Virus record (IMG/VR): IMGVR_UViG_3300025889_000109
Coordinates: 1,292-65,291 of that record
Length of the DNA: 64,000 nucleotides
Direction: 5' to 3' (one strand)
DNA from: a virus
Taxonomy: Duplodnaviria; Caudoviricetes
Shown: piece by piece, positions 62,096 through 64,000 of the stretch
Layout of the letters: each line of letters opens with the position of its first letter
Position numbering within the stretch: the first letter of the stretch is position 1
Notes under the pieces: generated by a model
Told to the model about the DNA's origin: nothing
The model's database searches: none
Seen by the model: only the letters and a program-made list of their open reading frames with translations
Position numbers and translations under genes: made by a program

Positions 62096-63555
62096 TATAA
62101 TATATATTTATCGGTTATAACTTCATCTATTCCTGTATTTTCTTTCATCCATAAAGCTTCTTTGTAAGTATTTAATATTGGTTTCCCCTGAATATTAAAA
62201 GAAGTATTTAATAAAACCGGATGATATTCTAATAAATCATATATAAATTTATTTTGGTCTTTAGTTACGGTTTGTAATCTGCAAGTGCCATCTACATGCG
62301 TAATACCTGGAAAACTTTTATCTATAACTTTAACGTTATGTGTCATCCATTTATGTTTACCAAAAGTTTTAAAATACTTATAAGCCTCTTCTTCTCTGCA
62401 AATAGCAGCAAATGGCCTAAACCATTCTCTGCGTTTAACTTCTGCATTAAGTCTTTCTTTTACACCGGCTTTTGGAGCACATAATATAGATCTATTGCCT
62501 AAAGCCCTTGCACTATATTCTGCTCTGCCCTGTATAATACCAATTATTTTATCATTAGATAACATATCTGATATTTCTTTTATAGATATATTTTTTGCTT
62601 CTGGCATATTATCATAAGGTTCAGAACCTAAATATGCGCTATCTATTGGATTTTGTGGTTTAATTAAACTTAATAAGCAACCCAATGCAATACCTCTATC
62701 ATCTGCATTTGGCGAAACAAAAGATTTATAAATAGAATTATTTAATATATTCATTGCTCCACCCCCTGCAAATTGTAATTTTTTATTTGGATATTGAAAT
62801 ATAAAAGGCATTACTATATCAGCAAAGTTTTTTTCAAACATATATTGCGCTGCATATGCTAAATTTTTAGCATTTTCATCTATTTGATTACAGCTACAAA
62901 ATATATCAGCCCAATTTTTATGAGCAATATCTACTTCATTAGTATTACTCCTATTATAGAGTTCTGTAACATATTCAAAAAGTTTATAGTCTCTTTCGCC
63001 ATAAGCGGACAACCCCATTATTTTTCCAGCATAGGTTAAATTTCCAACCCAATAATCTTTTTCTTTATTTATGTCATTTATATAGTGCCCTAATGCAGCA
63101 TATGGTACACACAAATCTTTTTGTGATTGATGTATTAGTTGCAATGGACTTCCTTTGCTACCTAAATATATATTAAAATGCCCATTATCAGATCCGCCAT
63201 CAAAAGAAATAATTAATGATTCTTGTGCTTCTGAATGGTACATTACATTATATGCATGGGCATCATGATGAGGTACATAAATAATATTTTTAGCTCTTAA
63301 ATGCTTTGTTTGATCTTGTGGCCATGAGTTTATCATAGCGTAATCATATTCTTTTACATTGTATTTAGATTCAAAATAATCTAATATTTCGTTCAATACT
63401 TCTATTGGGTTTGGTATTGGATGATAATAAAAAAATGCAGCATTTTTTATTTTAACCCATCTTTCAAGTTCTATAGCCTCAAGTATTGTTCCGCCATAAG
63501 ATATGACTATTGTAGAGTTATGTGAGCCGTGTACTCCTAAATTAAATTTTTCCAT
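62095..63555 (-). CDS. O-carbamoyltransferase (NodU/CmcH family)
   Basis: HHDAHA, DGG, GKIMGLSAYG, AGG..MN, RALGNRSIL, KRRE.FRPFA, HVDGT.RLQTV, LLNTSFN. Confidence 0.9.
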   Translation of the reverse strand: MEKFNLGVHGSHNSTIVISYGGTILEAIELERWVKIKNAAFFYYHPIPNPIEVLNEILDYFESKYNVKEYDYAMINSWPQDQTKHLRAKNIIYVPHHDAHAYNVMYHSEAQESLIISFDGGSDNGHFNIYLGSKGSPLQLIHQSQKDLCVPYAALGHYINDINKEKDYWVGNLTYAGKIMGLSAYGERDYKLFEYVTELYNRSNTNEVDIAHKNWADIFCSCNQIDENAKNLAYAAQYMFEKNFADIVMPFIFQYPNKKLQFAGGGAMNILNNSIYKSFVSPNADDRGIALGCLLSLIKPQNPIDSAYLGSEPYDNMPEAKNISIKEISDMLSNDKIIGIIQGRAEYSARALGNRSILCAPKAGVKERLNAEVKRREWFRPFAAICREEEAYKYFKTFGKHKWMTHNVKVIDKSFPGITHVDGTCRLQTVTKDQNKFIYDLLEYHPVLLNTSFNIQGKPILNTYKEALWMKENTGIDEVITDKYIL

Positions 63556-64000
63556 AATATAATTCTCCCCATAAATCATGCCAGCTATAAGCCTCTACTT
63601 CCCATGGGTATTTATTGTATTGTATTTTATTTCTATTAAAATTTAAAGACTCTCTATGGTTGTCTATTTTATTATTATACCCTCTAATTATATTTATATA
63701 ATCACTATAAGTAGACATTCTTGAACCAAAAAAATTATAAGCATTTGCACATATTATAGTATCTAAAACTAATTCTTTGCTTTTACTTTCCTGTATTAAA
63801 TCTTTTAAAAAAATTATATTGTATTTTTTCTTTAAAAAATTAAATAATGATAAGTCTTGTTCATCTGTGGCTATATATAAAGGCACAGAATTTCTAACTT
63901 TACCATCCAATAATTGCTCAAGATTTGAATATAAATCTTCCGTCCATTTTGTTTGTGTAAATTTAAAATCACACCTTCTTATATGAACAGCATCATAATC
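63542..64000 (-). CDS. GDP-fucose-type (O-fucosyltransferase-like) glycosyltransferase, N-terminus outside the window
   Basis: Frame open from 64000: YDAVHIRRCDF, LYIATDE, D..IC..A..F.G...STYS..I...R. Confidence 0.8.
   Translation of the reverse strand, partial: DYDAVHIRRCDFKFTQTKWTEDLYSNLEQLLDGKVRNSVPLYIATDEQDLSLFNFLKKKYNIIFLKDLIQESKSKELVLDTIICANAYNFFGSRMSTYSDYINIIRGYNNKIDNHRESLNFNRNKIQYNKYPWEVEAYSWHDLWGELYYGKI

Overview
This window holds most of the genome of an AT-rich, podovirus-like dsDNA phage. The host is probably in Bacteroidota/Flavobacteriia, inferred from A-rich start regions without Shine-Dalgarno motifs and from the protein types. Minus strand 1-32.2 kb is the morphogenesis arm: tail nozzle-like protein with Pro/Thr-rich extensions, adaptors, major capsid, scaffold, portal, terminase with an adjacent homing endonuclease, fibre/adhesin cassette, lysis genes and GroEL/GroES. 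Plus strand 32.6-51.5 kb starts with an early region of tiny ORFs carrying eight copies of a 33-bp promoter-like motif and a structured non-coding island. It continues with a sigma factor, ERF, exonuclease, SSB, primase-helicase, ThyA-like, MazG-like, resolvase and RNR genes. Minus strand 51.6-64 kb encodes putative ejection proteins, including a 2298-aa multidomain protein, and a fucosyltransferase/carbamoyltransferase/2OG-oxygenase cassette. The best leads are: (1) a candidate sRNA complementary to the shared start-codon leader of early genes, followed by a tRNA-like domain; (2) a sigma-region-2-like segment inside the giant putative ejection protein; (3) a 53-bp palindromic element present twice in inverted orientation around the early region; (4) a ThyA with Asp at the Asn177 specificity position; (5) an apparently displaced segment in the nozzle protein; (6) a possible virion glycosylation system. 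All protein calls come from motif recognition by eye; no database searches were run.
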